Part shown: positions 8,584 to 17,775 of the stretch, piece by piece
Layout: every line of letters starts with the position of its first letter
How positions within the stretch are numbered: position 1 is the stretch's first letter
Made by a program: the position numbers and the translations under genes
Notes under the pieces: generated by a model
The model's database searches: none
Seen by the model: only the letters and a program-made list of their open reading frames with translations
What the model was told of the DNA's origin: nothing
Assembly (NCBI GenBank): GCA_022508305.1
Contig: JAFLVM010000001.1
Coordinates: forward strand, 1,032,932 to 1,096,931
Length of the DNA: 64,000 nucleotides
Direction: 5' to 3'
Source of the DNA: Clostridiales bacterium
GTDB taxonomy: Bacteria; Bacillota; Clostridia; Christensenellales; CAG-314

Positions 8584-11500
8584 ATGAAAATAACCAAAGT
8601 AGTGGCTACCGACCTTCAAACAAACGAAAAGCAGGTCTTTACCTTCGGTACGGCGAAGGATGGCAAGGCCGTAGTCATCAAGCGCGGAGGAAGACTCAAA
8701 AATTACCTTGAGTTTTGCATCAACTCGGAAAGCGAGTGTACGCGCGACGTGGAAATAGAGTTTCAAATCAATCGCGACGAGTACTCTCTCAGCCGTTTGC
8801 ACAACGAGGACGGCACCGCGAGAACTGTTTTGAAGAAGAAAATCGACGACAGCTACCAGGTAGTTGCGCGTTCGCATGCGGTTGAGTACATAGAGCAAAT
8901 TGTAGGCGTTAAGTTTAGCGACATTCTGAAGCTTGGCTACGTCAGCAACAGGGCGGTTGCCGATTTTCACGGCGATTTGAAGCAGTTTGACGAAATCAGA
9001 GTGCTCAGCGAGGTACAGGAAAGCATAATTAAGTCAACTGCGGAAGCAAGGGCATTGAAGGACAACGCAATGCGTCGCGTCAAGGAGTACGCCGCAGGCG
9101 CAACTCCCGCATCTCACGAAACCTTGGACGCGTTAAACGTGGAATTGGACGGTGTTGTTCGCGACATCACGATTGCAACGGCGCAGCTTGGCGAACTCAA
9201 GGCAAAGCAAAACGTGGACTCAATCCGCGCGGACATTGCAAACGAACTGGAACTTTCACAACGTAAATACAACAGCCTCATTTCCCGTCAAGAGGACGTG
9301 GAAAAGGCGCGCGCCGAGGTCAAGCTTCGCGACGACGTGGAGTTGCTGATTCCCAAAGTTCGTGCCTTGCGTTCTATCAACGAGCAGCGCGCCGAGCACG
9401 AAAAACGCCGTTACGCCATTACAAGTGAGCTTGAGTGGCAGGAAAACGAGCTTGCAAGCATACGCCAACAGCTTGAGGAAAAGGAACGTCAGTACTCCAT
9501 TTCGCAGGATAAGCGTTCCCGCGTTGAGGCTATCAACAACGAGTTGACCTACATTGCGTCACTCTACGAAAAGAACAAGAAGTTAAACGAAATTCTGCTT
9601 GAGCTAAACGACAAGGAGCAACGCCTCACCGCCGAAAAGTCTATGTACTCCAACAAGTTGGAGCAGGTGGAACAATCCATCAGCGACGTGCGCGAAAGCC
9701 TTGACGCTTTCCACATTCCCGCCCGTTCCGTCGGCGAATTGCTTGAAGCGGTACGTATTGACGTCAAAATTGACGAGGTTACCTCTCAAACGGAAAAGCT
9801 GCAAAGCGAAATTGCAATCAAGGAAAGTCAGATAGCCGAAAAGGAAAGCAACCTCGTGGTGCAGGTAAAACGTTTCCGCGCCGTTGCCGAACTGGACGTT
9901 GCGGTAACCCCCATCAAGGCGAAAGATACCATTTTGCAGGTTTTGGACGCCAAATACTCCAAGTTGGAGTCGATAAACCTCTCTCTTAAAGAAAAGTTGC
10001 GCAATCTTGAACGCGCTATGGAGGACTACAAGTACCGCATTTTGCAGCTTGAACAGTCGCGTAGCCGTCTTGAGGGCGAACTTGACAAGACGATGCTTCG
10101 CAAGCAGGAAGAGTTCAAGCGCGAAGTGTACCTCAACAGTCAAAAGGTGTTCAGCGACGACGCTTCCTCGGTGTTTGCAGTAACTGCCAACTTCCACGAT
10201 CAGGAAATAGAAGCGCTCAATCAGGAAATCACCTCCCGTAACCTTGACAGAGATTTGCTTATGGAACGCGCCTACCAGCTTGACGGTTCGATAAAGGAAA
10301 TCAAACGTCACATTGAAATCAACGACGCCGAAATGGAAACGTTGCAACGCGAAAAGGACAACATCAACAAGCGTTACAACGAAATAGTCACTCAAAACAG
10401 TAGCGAAGTGGTGTTCAACTACCTCAAAGCACTTAACAGCGACAACGGCACCAAGTACTTGCTTGACATTCAACAGGACGCAGTACGCAGCGAGGCGGAG
10501 CTAAACGAACTCAAGCGTTCAACGGAAGCGTTGCGCGCCAAGCAAGCTGCGTTGAAGTCGAGATTGAAGTACCTGCGCGAAACGCAACAGCAACTGGACG
10601 ACACCCGCGCGTCCGTTGACACTCTCGTCACCACCAACGACAAGTTGAAGGAAGAATTGACGGACATCGGCGGCAGACTGTCGGCAGGCTACGAGCAGTA
10701 CAAGGCTGTGACCCGTCAGCTTGAAAGTATCGAATCCAAGTTGGACGACATTCGCGGCGCAATCCTCGAGGCAAGCAAGACGATTAAGGTAAACGAGGAG
10801 CAAATTGCCGAAGCCACCAAGAAGGCGCAAGGCTACGCCGGCAACGAAGACATTGAAAAGGCAATTGCCAATTTCCGTTACGAGTTGGGCGACGTGGAGA
10901 GCGAACGCGCTATGCTTTTGGATTCCAAGGCTACCGTAGAAAAGGAAATTTTCAAAAAACGCCTTGAGCTGGAAAAGACGCAGTGGCTGTACGAGTCTAA
11001 GAGCGCCGAGTACGACGAACTGTATCAGGAATTGAATTTTGAGTTGAATCTCAAGGGATTGGACATAGACAAAGTTTCGGAAATGGATCTGGACACGAGC
11101 GTGGACGGACTGCGCAAGTTGGTTGCAGAGTACGACACGGTACGCGGTTCTCTTGCGGAAAAGATAGAGAATCTGTACTCCATTTTGCAAAACCAACCCG
11201 CGCCCAGCATTTCGGCGGAAGAAATTTCGTTGAAGGAACAGGAAATTGCCCTGCTCACCGAACGTCAACACGCATTGGAAGAGCAGCGTAACGAACAGCT
11301 TAACGTTTACGTGGCTGCAAGCAACGCCGCAAGAAAGGTAAGCGTAGCGGCGGCAGAGGCAAGGACGTTAAGCAACCTTAGAGAGACCTTGAACCACAAC
11401 GAAATAGTTTCACTGCTCATCAGCGACAAGGTGAAAACGTTACTCAACGTTGCAACGCATTACCTCAACAGTTTCAGTGGCGGCAATTACAGGCTTGTTG

Positions 11501-11739
11501 AAGAAGACTACAAGCTGCGCGTAATATTCAACGGTGAAGCAATCGATTACGACGAACTGCCCGCCAACGTCAAGACGGCAGTGTATCTCAGCGTAATCCT
11601 GTCTGTTTCCAACAACGACGTTACGGAAGGCAAGTGGCTAATCTTCGAGGAGCGTCTTGAAATTGACAACAAAGTTTTGGCGGAGATGTTGCTCAACGTA
11701 AACGACGTAAGCTACGTTGTGGATTATTCAAGAGAATAA
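8584..11739 (+). CDS. SMC/Rad50/SbcC-like long coiled-coil protein with degenerate ABC-ATPase head motifs
   Basis: 1051 aa with GAGGTG RBS. The N-terminus has GTAKDGKA (aa 22-29), a P-loop-like GxxxxGK with Ala instead of Ser/Thr. About 850 aa are E/K/L/Q-rich coiled coil. The C-terminus has FSGGNY and KWLIFEERLEID, which resemble signature and Walker-B motifs. Confidence 0.75.
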   Translation: MKITKVVATDLQTNEKQVFTFGTAKDGKAVVIKRGGRLKNYLEFCINSESECTRDVEIEFQINRDEYSLSRLHNEDGTARTVLKKKIDDSYQVVARSHAVEYIEQIVGVKFSDILKLGYVSNRAVADFHGDLKQFDEIRVLSEVQESIIKSTAEARALKDNAMRRVKEYAAGATPASHETLDALNVELDGVVRDITIATAQLGELKAKQNVDSIRADIANELELSQRKYNSLISRQEDVEKARAEVKLRDDVELLIPKVRALRSINEQRAEHEKRRYAITSELEWQENELASIRQQLEEKERQYSISQDKRSRVEAINNELTYIASLYEKNKKLNEILLELNDKEQRLTAEKSMYSNKLEQVEQSISDVRESLDAFHIPARSVGELLEAVRIDVKIDEVTSQTEKLQSEIAIKESQIAEKESNLVVQVKRFRAVAELDVAVTPIKAKDTILQVLDAKYSKLESINLSLKEKLRNLERAMEDYKYRILQLEQSRSRLEGELDKTMLRKQEEFKREVYLNSQKVFSDDASSVFAVTANFHDQEIEALNQEITSRNLDRDLLMERAYQLDGSIKEIKRHIEINDAEMETLQREKDNINKRYNEIVTQNSSEVVFNYLKALNSDNGTKYLLDIQQDAVRSEAELNELKRSTEALRAKQAALKSRLKYLRETQQQLDDTRASVDTLVTTNDKLKEELTDIGGRLSAGYEQYKAVTRQLESIESKLDDIRGAILEASKTIKVNEEQIAEATKKAQGYAGNEDIEKAIANFRYELGDVESERAMLLDSKATVEKEIFKKRLELEKTQWLYESKSAEYDELYQELNFELNLKGLDIDKVSEMDLDTSVDGLRKLVAEYDTVRGSLAEKIENLYSILQNQPAPSISAEEISLKEQEIALLTERQHALEEQRNEQLNVYVAASNAARKVSVAAAEARTLSNLRETLNHNEIVSLLISDKVKTLLNVATHYLNSFSGGNYRLVEEDYKLRVIFNGEAIDYDELPANVKTAVYLSVILSVSNNDVTEGKWLIFEERLEIDNKVLAEMLLNVNDVSYVVDYSRE

Positions 11740-11764
11740 CACCTCGCCGATGGGGCAAGTAGTT
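11740..11764 (+). repeat. 25-nt intergenic repeat, copy 1
   Basis: CACCTCGCCGATGGGGCAAGTAGTT, starting immediately after the TAA stop at 11737-11739. Confidence 0.8.
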
Positions 11765-11812
11765 TAATCTACAAAATCTTCACCCCATATTAAAAAATTT
11801 CTTTAATAACCT

Positions 11813-11851
11813 AAAAAAAGACTGTTTGTTTACTCAAACAGTCTTTTTTTT
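11813..11851. terminator. Bidirectional rho-independent terminator between the convergent SMC-like gene and thpR
   Basis: Perfect 10-bp stem AGACTGTTTG/CAAACAGTCT (11819-11828 / 11835-11844), with an A-run upstream and a T-run (11845-11851) downstream. Confidence 0.85.
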
Positions 11852-11891
11852 GTTGTTTTCGGTTGTGTTTTTGAATATGGGGTGGGAATTT

Positions 11892-12440
11892 TTACGGTTT
11901 TACATTGTTTTTCAAGGTCACCGTGTATAATTCCCTGTAAGTTACGCCATTGTCGCCGAACACGCTTTCGTACAGCACGACGTTAGCGGCGTTAAAGGGC
12001 ATGTTGTACACGTCCACGCACTTCGTCACTTCGGAAAAGGGCAAGTCGAAGCTCTTTTTGCGAATGAGGGTTACGTGAGGGCGGTAGGCGCGGTGTTCCA
12101 CTTCAAAACCGTTTGCTTCCAATTTTTCGCCGAGCAGGTCGTGTAGATAGACGAGATCTGCGTTTTGTTTGAGACGCGCGCACACGATGTCGCTTGCGGC
12201 AAGCATAACAAATTGAGTAATTTGAAGCTCGGGCGCGGGCAAATCCTTTACGGAGTCCATTGCGCTTTGCACGTAGATGAGGTCGCTTTGTTGAACGTTT
12301 CCAAGGAAGTGCAAGGTTATGTGGAAGTTTTCTTTGGGTACGAAGTTGCCGCCCCTCGAGTGCTCCCGAAACTGATTTGCCGAGCGTTCAAGGTTGTCTT
12401 TAGTCTTTTGCGGAAGTTCCAGCGCCACGAATACTCTCAT
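11892..12440 (-). CDS. thpR: RNA 2',3'-cyclic phosphodiesterase (2H phosphoesterase, ThpR/LigT)
   Basis: Two HxT motifs at the expected spacing (HITLHFLG and HVTLIRK), 182 aa. Confidence 0.85.
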   Translation of the reverse strand: MRVFVALELPQKTKDNLERSANQFREHSRGGNFVPKENFHITLHFLGNVQQSDLIYVQSAMDSVKDLPAPELQITQFVMLAASDIVCARLKQNADLVYLHDLLGEKLEANGFEVEHRAYRPHVTLIRKKSFDLPFSEVTKCVDVYNMPFNAANVVLYESVFGDNGVTYRELYTVTLKNNVKP

Positions 12441-12575
12441 AATTCACCTCATTTTCATTATACCACAAACTGCCGCTTTTTACAAGAAAGATATTTATAC
12501 GTTTGAAAACACTCCCCTGCGATAGGAGAGTGTTTGAGAATTTTTCTTATATATAAGATTTTATTTGTCGTTTTT

Positions 12576-14063
12576 TTATTTGTCCGTTATCTTGCCTATA
12601 ATTTCTTTGCCTTCAATGAAAGTGTTGAATATCGTCGCAAGCTCGTTTCCGCAAACTCCCGAAAAACACTCAATCATCTGACTGGGCTGCGCAATTGTGA
12701 ACTGCGCCCCGTCAAAGTAGTTTTTCAGCGACTTCCAGAACTTTGCCGCACCTACCGCTTCGTATGCCGTGTAAAACAGTATGCTACCCTTCACGTAGGT
12801 CAAAATTACGTATTCGCTGTCATTTTTGTACTCGCCAAGCGACTTAAAGGACTTGTCAACGTCGGTGTAGAAGTTGTTAAGCACGTCCACGTAGGCGGTG
12901 TAGCTCTTTATGCAGCCCAACATGCTGCGGCTGAGAGTTGTTTGTCCGCTTGCGTCCATATACAGGTAGGTCAAAAACTCCGACAAGCCTTCGTCCATCC
13001 AAGCGTTAGCTATCTGGTCGTTTCCCACCAAGCCGTAGAACCACTGGTGCGCCGTTTCGTGCGCAATCGCCTCTTGGTAGGACGTGGAACCGCTTGTAAT
13101 CATGACGAGGCAGGGGTACTCCATTCCGCCGTAGCAAAAGTCCGTTTCCACTACGCTGTATTGCGCGTAGGGGTATTCGCCGACGTTTTTGTTTAGGTAT
13201 TCGAGCATTCCGCATGCCGTACCGAGACTTGCTTCCGCGTCGGCGTCGGCAAAGTAGTAGTAGTTGACCTGCGTTTTGCCCACCGTAGCAGTCAGCTTTT
13301 GGAATTTATCCGAAAGGACGAATGCAAAGTCGCGTACGGCTTCCGCGGTGTAGTTGTAGGTGACGAATCCGTTGTTTTGCTTGGCTTCAACGAGGTTGCC
13401 GGTAGATGCGACGACGTAGTTTTCCTGCAAGGTCAACGTTACGTTGTAGTTAGCCACTTCGCTGACGAAGGGGTCACCTACGTTGTAGTAGGGAGAGCAG
13501 GTGTAGCTGCCGTTGTCTACGTGACACAGTATCGGGTAAAAGTTGCCAAGGTTTACCGCGTTGTCCGTGTAGCCGAGTCGGTGGCAGATGTTTGCAAGCG
13601 TCACGTCGTAGGTCATTTCAATAGTGACGCTTTGGTCGGGAAACAGCTCTTTGCTCAAAGGCACGGACAGTATGTCGAAATCTTGCCCCTCAACGGTGTA
13701 GGCAACTGCCGTTCCGTCCACTTTTACGCTGTCAAAGGCAATGTCGCCGTAGCTTTTCCCGTTGGGGTAGGCGCGATTGACGTACAAATTGGGAACGACA
13801 CAGTTTTCCGCATCTTGGCGGTACTGGTTGGCGAAAATGTGAAATTTGACGTCGTTGAAACTGTTTTCGCTGCGGTTTGTCACATGCACGGTTTGCGTCG
13901 CCGACAAGACGTGCGCCTCGCCGTCGTAGGAGGCCACAATGGTGTAGTTGTCGCCCTTTTTGATAGCCTCTTTCATCGGGTCGGTAGCGCAGGCGACGAG
14001 AGTAACGCACGCAACGGCTGCAAGCATACATACCGTTAGCAGAATACACAAGATTTTTTTCAT
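12576..14063 (-). CDS. M1-family zinc metallopeptidase (aminopeptidase N-like), lipoprotein
   Basis: HETAHQW ... WMDEGLSEF (HExxH-x18-E). Lipobox LVAC in MKKILCILLTVCMLAAVACVTLVACATD. I prefer ATG 14063 (GAGGTG RBS 6 nt upstream) over the track start GTG 14072. Confidence 0.85.
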   Translation of the reverse strand: MKKILCILLTVCMLAAVACVTLVACATDPMKEAIKKGDNYTIVASYDGEAHVLSATQTVHVTNRSENSFNDVKFHIFANQYRQDAENCVVPNLYVNRAYPNGKSYGDIAFDSVKVDGTAVAYTVEGQDFDILSVPLSKELFPDQSVTIEMTYDVTLANICHRLGYTDNAVNLGNFYPILCHVDNGSYTCSPYYNVGDPFVSEVANYNVTLTLQENYVVASTGNLVEAKQNNGFVTYNYTAEAVRDFAFVLSDKFQKLTATVGKTQVNYYYFADADAEASLGTACGMLEYLNKNVGEYPYAQYSVVETDFCYGGMEYPCLVMITSGSTSYQEAIAHETAHQWFYGLVGNDQIANAWMDEGLSEFLTYLYMDASGQTTLSRSMLGCIKSYTAYVDVLNNFYTDVDKSFKSLGEYKNDSEYVILTYVKGSILFYTAYEAVGAAKFWKSLKNYFDGAQFTIAQPSQMIECFSGVCGNELATIFNTFIEGKEIIGKITDK

Positions 14064-14234
14064 GAAAATCACCTCAAAATATACTTTCAGTTACAATTTT
14101 ATGAGGCGGCGCGTAGATATATGCGTTACGTGGCTCGTTCCGTGCGTCAGACAGAATACAACGCATATTAAAACAGAACACGACGCATATTTAAAATGAT
14201 AATACTGAAATAAATATTATTATATATAATATGA

Positions 14235-14252
14235 TTACCGATATATCGGTAA
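14235..14252. promoter_or_regulatory. Perfect 18-bp palindrome, possible operator
   Basis: TTACCGATATATCGGTAA lies in the 820-nt intergenic region between the peptidase and opp genes. Confidence 0.3.
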
Positions 14253-14572
14253 GAATTAAAATTTGTGTTTGAATGTCTGTCAGTGGTGTTTATCGCATCA
14301 TTCGACGAACGTGGGAATATTCCGTGGGCTTCTTTGGGCAGTTAAATTCTTTGTGTACTTTATTTTGCGAGTTGGCATATATTGAATATATACCTTTGTA
14401 GTGAAGACTTAGCTCAAAGAAGTTTTTGCATAAGAAGGGGCGAAATAGTTGGCAGTTACTCAAAAGGTGGCGACCTATACTATATTTCCCTATAAAAGTC
14501 AATACGTGGCGGCAATAAAAAAATAAAAATATGATTTTTCACTAAAAAAAACTAAAAAACGCCGTCAAACTG

Positions 14573-14602
14573 TTGACTTGACACCAAAAACTATGCTAAA
14601 AT
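14573..14602 (+). promoter_or_regulatory. Promoter of the opp-like operon (extended -10)
   Basis: TTGACT (14573-14578), an 18-nt spacer ending TGC, then TAAAAT (14597-14602). This leaves a leader of ~290 nt before ATG 14893. Confidence 0.55.
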
Positions 14603-14892
14603 TTATTCACTATCAACTGAGAATAGTTATCTCGCCTTAAAATTTTAAAGTTTAACGGCTCCGAAGGTTCTCCAAGGTTGTACGATTAGCTTGAAATTTA
14701 ATAGTGGAGTATGTGCTCGGAATGTACAGGGCGAGAATTGCACTTTTTTCGGAAAAATAGTGTCAAGCCTTGTTGCGGTCCGAGTTTTTTATTTTTCAGA
14801 CTACGCACAATAAAGGTATGTTTTACCGCTTGCTACCGAGCAAAGCATCTCGGCGCAATATAAACACAAAAATAATTTATGGAGGAAAAAAC

Positions 14893-17775
14893 ATGAAAAA
14901 AGCAAAACTGATTGTAGCCTTGCTCCTCGTTTTCATGATGTCGATGACGGTAGTTCTTGGCGCTTGCGAAGAACCGCACGTACACGAATTTTCACAAGAA
15001 TGGACGAGTAACGGTACATATCACTGGCACAAAGCCACTTGTGAACACACAAGTGAAGTGTCCGGCAGAGGCGCTCACAACTGGAACGGAAACGTTTGCT
15101 CCGTTTGCGGCAGAGACTCCAGCTTGGACAGCTACCGTTCGTACATAACCGCGGACCTTCGCGACGTTAAGGACGCTATCGGTGATTCCATCAGCAGCGC
15201 GGTTGCTACAGCTGTAAACGCAGCGTACGACGCAGGCGTTGAGGCTATCCAAAGCGGCAACACTGTTACGGCAATCCAAAGCGCGTTCAAGAGCGCTAAG
15301 TCTGCAATGTTGCATTGCGTTCCTTTGGCTAACGGCGAATTCGATTTCACGGGTCTTTCTCAAAATGAAAAGACGGAAATTCTCGGTCTGTTGGAAGCTT
15401 ACGCAATTCGTACAGGTATGACGGGTGTTTCTGTTTATGAAAACGGCGGTTACGTAATGTACCACGACCGCGTCGTTCTCGGTACGGAGAACTACATCCC
15501 TGGTTACGGCTTCGGTCTCTTGACAGAAGGTTACCTGAAGAGCGAGTTGGAGTATGAACAAAATTCCGCTTGGAAGATGTACTACCACACCGTTAACTCT
15601 CAAGACCCCGGCAACTTGAACACTCTTGACGACAACGGCAGTGAAACAAGTGACTTCTACAGCTACATCGGCGCAGGTTACTTCACAGCATTCATGAACA
15701 GCACCAAGGACGGTTACGATTGGGTTCCCGAATTGGCAAAGGCTGATCCTACTCCCGTTGGTGAATTGAACGCATCAGGTCAAACGAATACTTGGGAATT
15801 CCCCATCCGTACGGGTAGCGAACTCAAGTACAACACGCTTGGTAAGCGCTCCGAAAAATACAACGACCGTGAGGTTAAACCGGAAGACTACATTACTCCC
15901 TTCAAACTGTTGCTCAACCAATCTAACGACTACTTCCGTGGTTCCGAAATGTCCAAAGCTACAGGCGCAAGCGCAATTCCCGGCGCAAGCGTGTACTACA
16001 ATTCTACCAAGGGCGCTCGTAAAGGTATTTTGAGCGAAGAAGAACAAAAATTCGAAGACGTTGTTGGCATAAAGGTTTACGAAAAAGAACCGGGCAGCGG
16101 TCAATGGTGGTTCCAATACACTCTTGGCGCAAACGTAACAGCTTGGTACGCTCGTTACTACATCAGCAGCAGCCTGTACATGCCCATCCCCGCTGAATTC
16201 GTTGAAGAAGTAGGCGTAGACGCTTACCTCAGTAACAGTTCCGACGGTCAATACAACCCCGTTGACAACTCCCTGTCACTTGGTTCTTACACCCTTGAAA
16301 GATGGGACACCGACCAACAAGTTGTTTACAAGAAGAACCCCAATTACGTATACGCTGATACCAAGTATCAAATTGCAGGCGTACACATCAACATTCTTCG
16401 CGCAGCTTTGGAAGATCCTAACGCGGTATTTAATGAATTCCTTGCAGGTCACATCGACGGAGCAGGTATTCCTACCGCTTTCTTGAAGGAATACGCAAGC
16501 GACCCGCGTACACGTAACACCACAGGTAACAACGTTACTAAGCTCAACTTCAACGCTTTGAACGCTGAAGACTGGGAATACTTCTTCGGTGAAAGCGGTG
16601 TTGTTGCTCAAAATAACTTAAGTGATTACTGGCAAGTTGAACCCGCTCTCTCTAACGCTCACTTCCGCAGCGCGTTGAGTTACGCAATCAACCGTAACGA
16701 ATGGGCGGCAAACAACGGCCGTATCGCATCCGTTAACTTCTTCTCCAGCAACTATCAGTCCGACCCCGAAAACGGTATTGCTTACAACCTGACGGAAGCT
16801 CACAAGAAAGCAGTTGCTCCCTTGTTGACAGACACCGACAGTGGCGGATACAGCTTGCAACTTGCAAGAGAATACTTCAACATGGCATTGCTTGAACTTG
16901 AAGCTGCCGGCCTGTACACACGTGGTACTCCGAGCAATCCTACCAAGATTCAAATTCAAATTGACTGGCAAGCAGAATCCATGCTTGAAAACTATCACAA
17001 ACCCATCAAGCAATATTGGGAAGACGCATTCAACGATGACTCCGTAACCTTTGGCGGATGCTACGAATTGGAAATCACCTACCGTGTTCCCAACGTTTGG
17101 AGCGAAGTGTATGATTGGATGTCCGCAGGTACGTTCGACGTAGGTATCGGTAGTATCACCGGTAGCTCCGACGACCCACTTGGATACATGGAAGTTTTGT
17201 CCACCGACCAAGCTCTTTCCGGCGGTTTCACCCTTAACTGGGCAGTAGACACTAACGACCCGTTCGCAGACGCTCTCGTTTACAACGGAATGCTGTGGTC
17301 TTACGACGCATTGCTTGAATCTACACAACAAAATACAATAGTCACAGAAGGCAGACGTATTTCTCAAGTTACCGTTACCACGCAAAAGAAGGTAATTGAC
17401 GAGGAAGCAGAGACCGTAACGTTGACCTTTACAATCAGCTACATTGCAGGCGTAACGCTCGACCTTGAAAACATCGACTTCGTAGTTTACGGTTACAATG
17501 ATGCTGACAATTACACCGACTACGTTGAAGCATCCATTTTGTGGGACGAAGATTACGAGAACTTCAGCGAGTACCTTGTTGGTGGTGCACCCGTTATCAA
17601 CGCTGCAGCACGTACAGTAACCTTCACCTTCACAATTCCTCTTGCCGATTTGGCAGACTTCCCGAAGGATAACTTCGCTGTCGACGTGTATCTTGGATGG
17701 ACGTTCAACGGAGTTACGGTACCCACCGGCTACTACCTGAGCTTCTACTCTCACTTCCTGACAGACGCGGAATAA
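14893..17775 (+). CDS. Oligopeptide/dipeptide ABC transporter substrate-binding lipoprotein (family 5), very large (960 aa)
   Basis: GGAGG RBS at 14881 and start MKKAKLIVALLLVFMMSMTVVLGAC (lipobox). The central region reads like SBP family 5 (peptide/nickel binding). It has extra N-terminal Cys/His-rich and C-terminal beta-rich extensions. The track start at 14770 was rejected. Confidence 0.8.
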   Translation: MKKAKLIVALLLVFMMSMTVVLGACEEPHVHEFSQEWTSNGTYHWHKATCEHTSEVSGRGAHNWNGNVCSVCGRDSSLDSYRSYITADLRDVKDAIGDSISSAVATAVNAAYDAGVEAIQSGNTVTAIQSAFKSAKSAMLHCVPLANGEFDFTGLSQNEKTEILGLLEAYAIRTGMTGVSVYENGGYVMYHDRVVLGTENYIPGYGFGLLTEGYLKSELEYEQNSAWKMYYHTVNSQDPGNLNTLDDNGSETSDFYSYIGAGYFTAFMNSTKDGYDWVPELAKADPTPVGELNASGQTNTWEFPIRTGSELKYNTLGKRSEKYNDREVKPEDYITPFKLLLNQSNDYFRGSEMSKATGASAIPGASVYYNSTKGARKGILSEEEQKFEDVVGIKVYEKEPGSGQWWFQYTLGANVTAWYARYYISSSLYMPIPAEFVEEVGVDAYLSNSSDGQYNPVDNSLSLGSYTLERWDTDQQVVYKKNPNYVYADTKYQIAGVHINILRAALEDPNAVFNEFLAGHIDGAGIPTAFLKEYASDPRTRNTTGNNVTKLNFNALNAEDWEYFFGESGVVAQNNLSDYWQVEPALSNAHFRSALSYAINRNEWAANNGRIASVNFFSSNYQSDPENGIAYNLTEAHKKAVAPLLTDTDSGGYSLQLAREYFNMALLELEAAGLYTRGTPSNPTKIQIQIDWQAESMLENYHKPIKQYWEDAFNDDSVTFGGCYELEITYRVPNVWSEVYDWMSAGTFDVGIGSITGSSDDPLGYMEVLSTDQALSGGFTLNWAVDTNDPFADALVYNGMLWSYDALLESTQQNTIVTEGRRISQVTVTTQKKVIDEEAETVTLTFTISYIAGVTLDLENIDFVVYGYNDADNYTDYVEASILWDEDYENFSEYLVGGAPVINAAARTVTFTFTIPLADLADFPKDNFAVDVYLGWTFNGVTVPTGYYLSFYSHFLTDAE

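Noticed and set aside
9604-10473. 289-aa minus-strand ORF (and 10519..11271, 250 aa)
   Set aside because: These are shadow ORFs antisense to the SMC-like gene. The biased, repetitive coiled-coil codons keep the opposite strand open. No RBS and no recognisable motifs.
12534-14039. Plus-strand ORFs 12534..13196 and 13299..14039
   Set aside because: They are antisense to the M1 peptidase gene, which has clear HExxH-E catalytic motifs and a lipoprotein signal. The translations are Val/Arg-rich, typical of antisense frames.
14290-14502. 70-aa minus-strand ORF in the long peptidase/opp intergenic region
   Set aside because: No RBS, an odd Cys/Phe/Lys-rich composition and no motifs. I treat the region as regulatory or non-coding.
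14770-14892. N-terminal 41 codons of the track ORF for the substrate-binding protein, and similar 5' extensions at 17970, 18961, 25788, 32462, 43663-43929, 47051-47170, 50627 and 57955
   Set aside because: In each case an internal ATG with a good Shine-Dalgarno sequence gives the conserved N-terminus, such as a signal peptide, Met-Cys for the Ntn hydrolase, or MYLVVGLGNP for Pth. The extensions start at weak or alternative codons and overlap upstream genes or promoters.
16618-17754. 378-aa minus-strand ORF
   Set aside because: Antisense to the substrate-binding protein gene. Val/Cys/Gly-rich shadow frame with no RBS.
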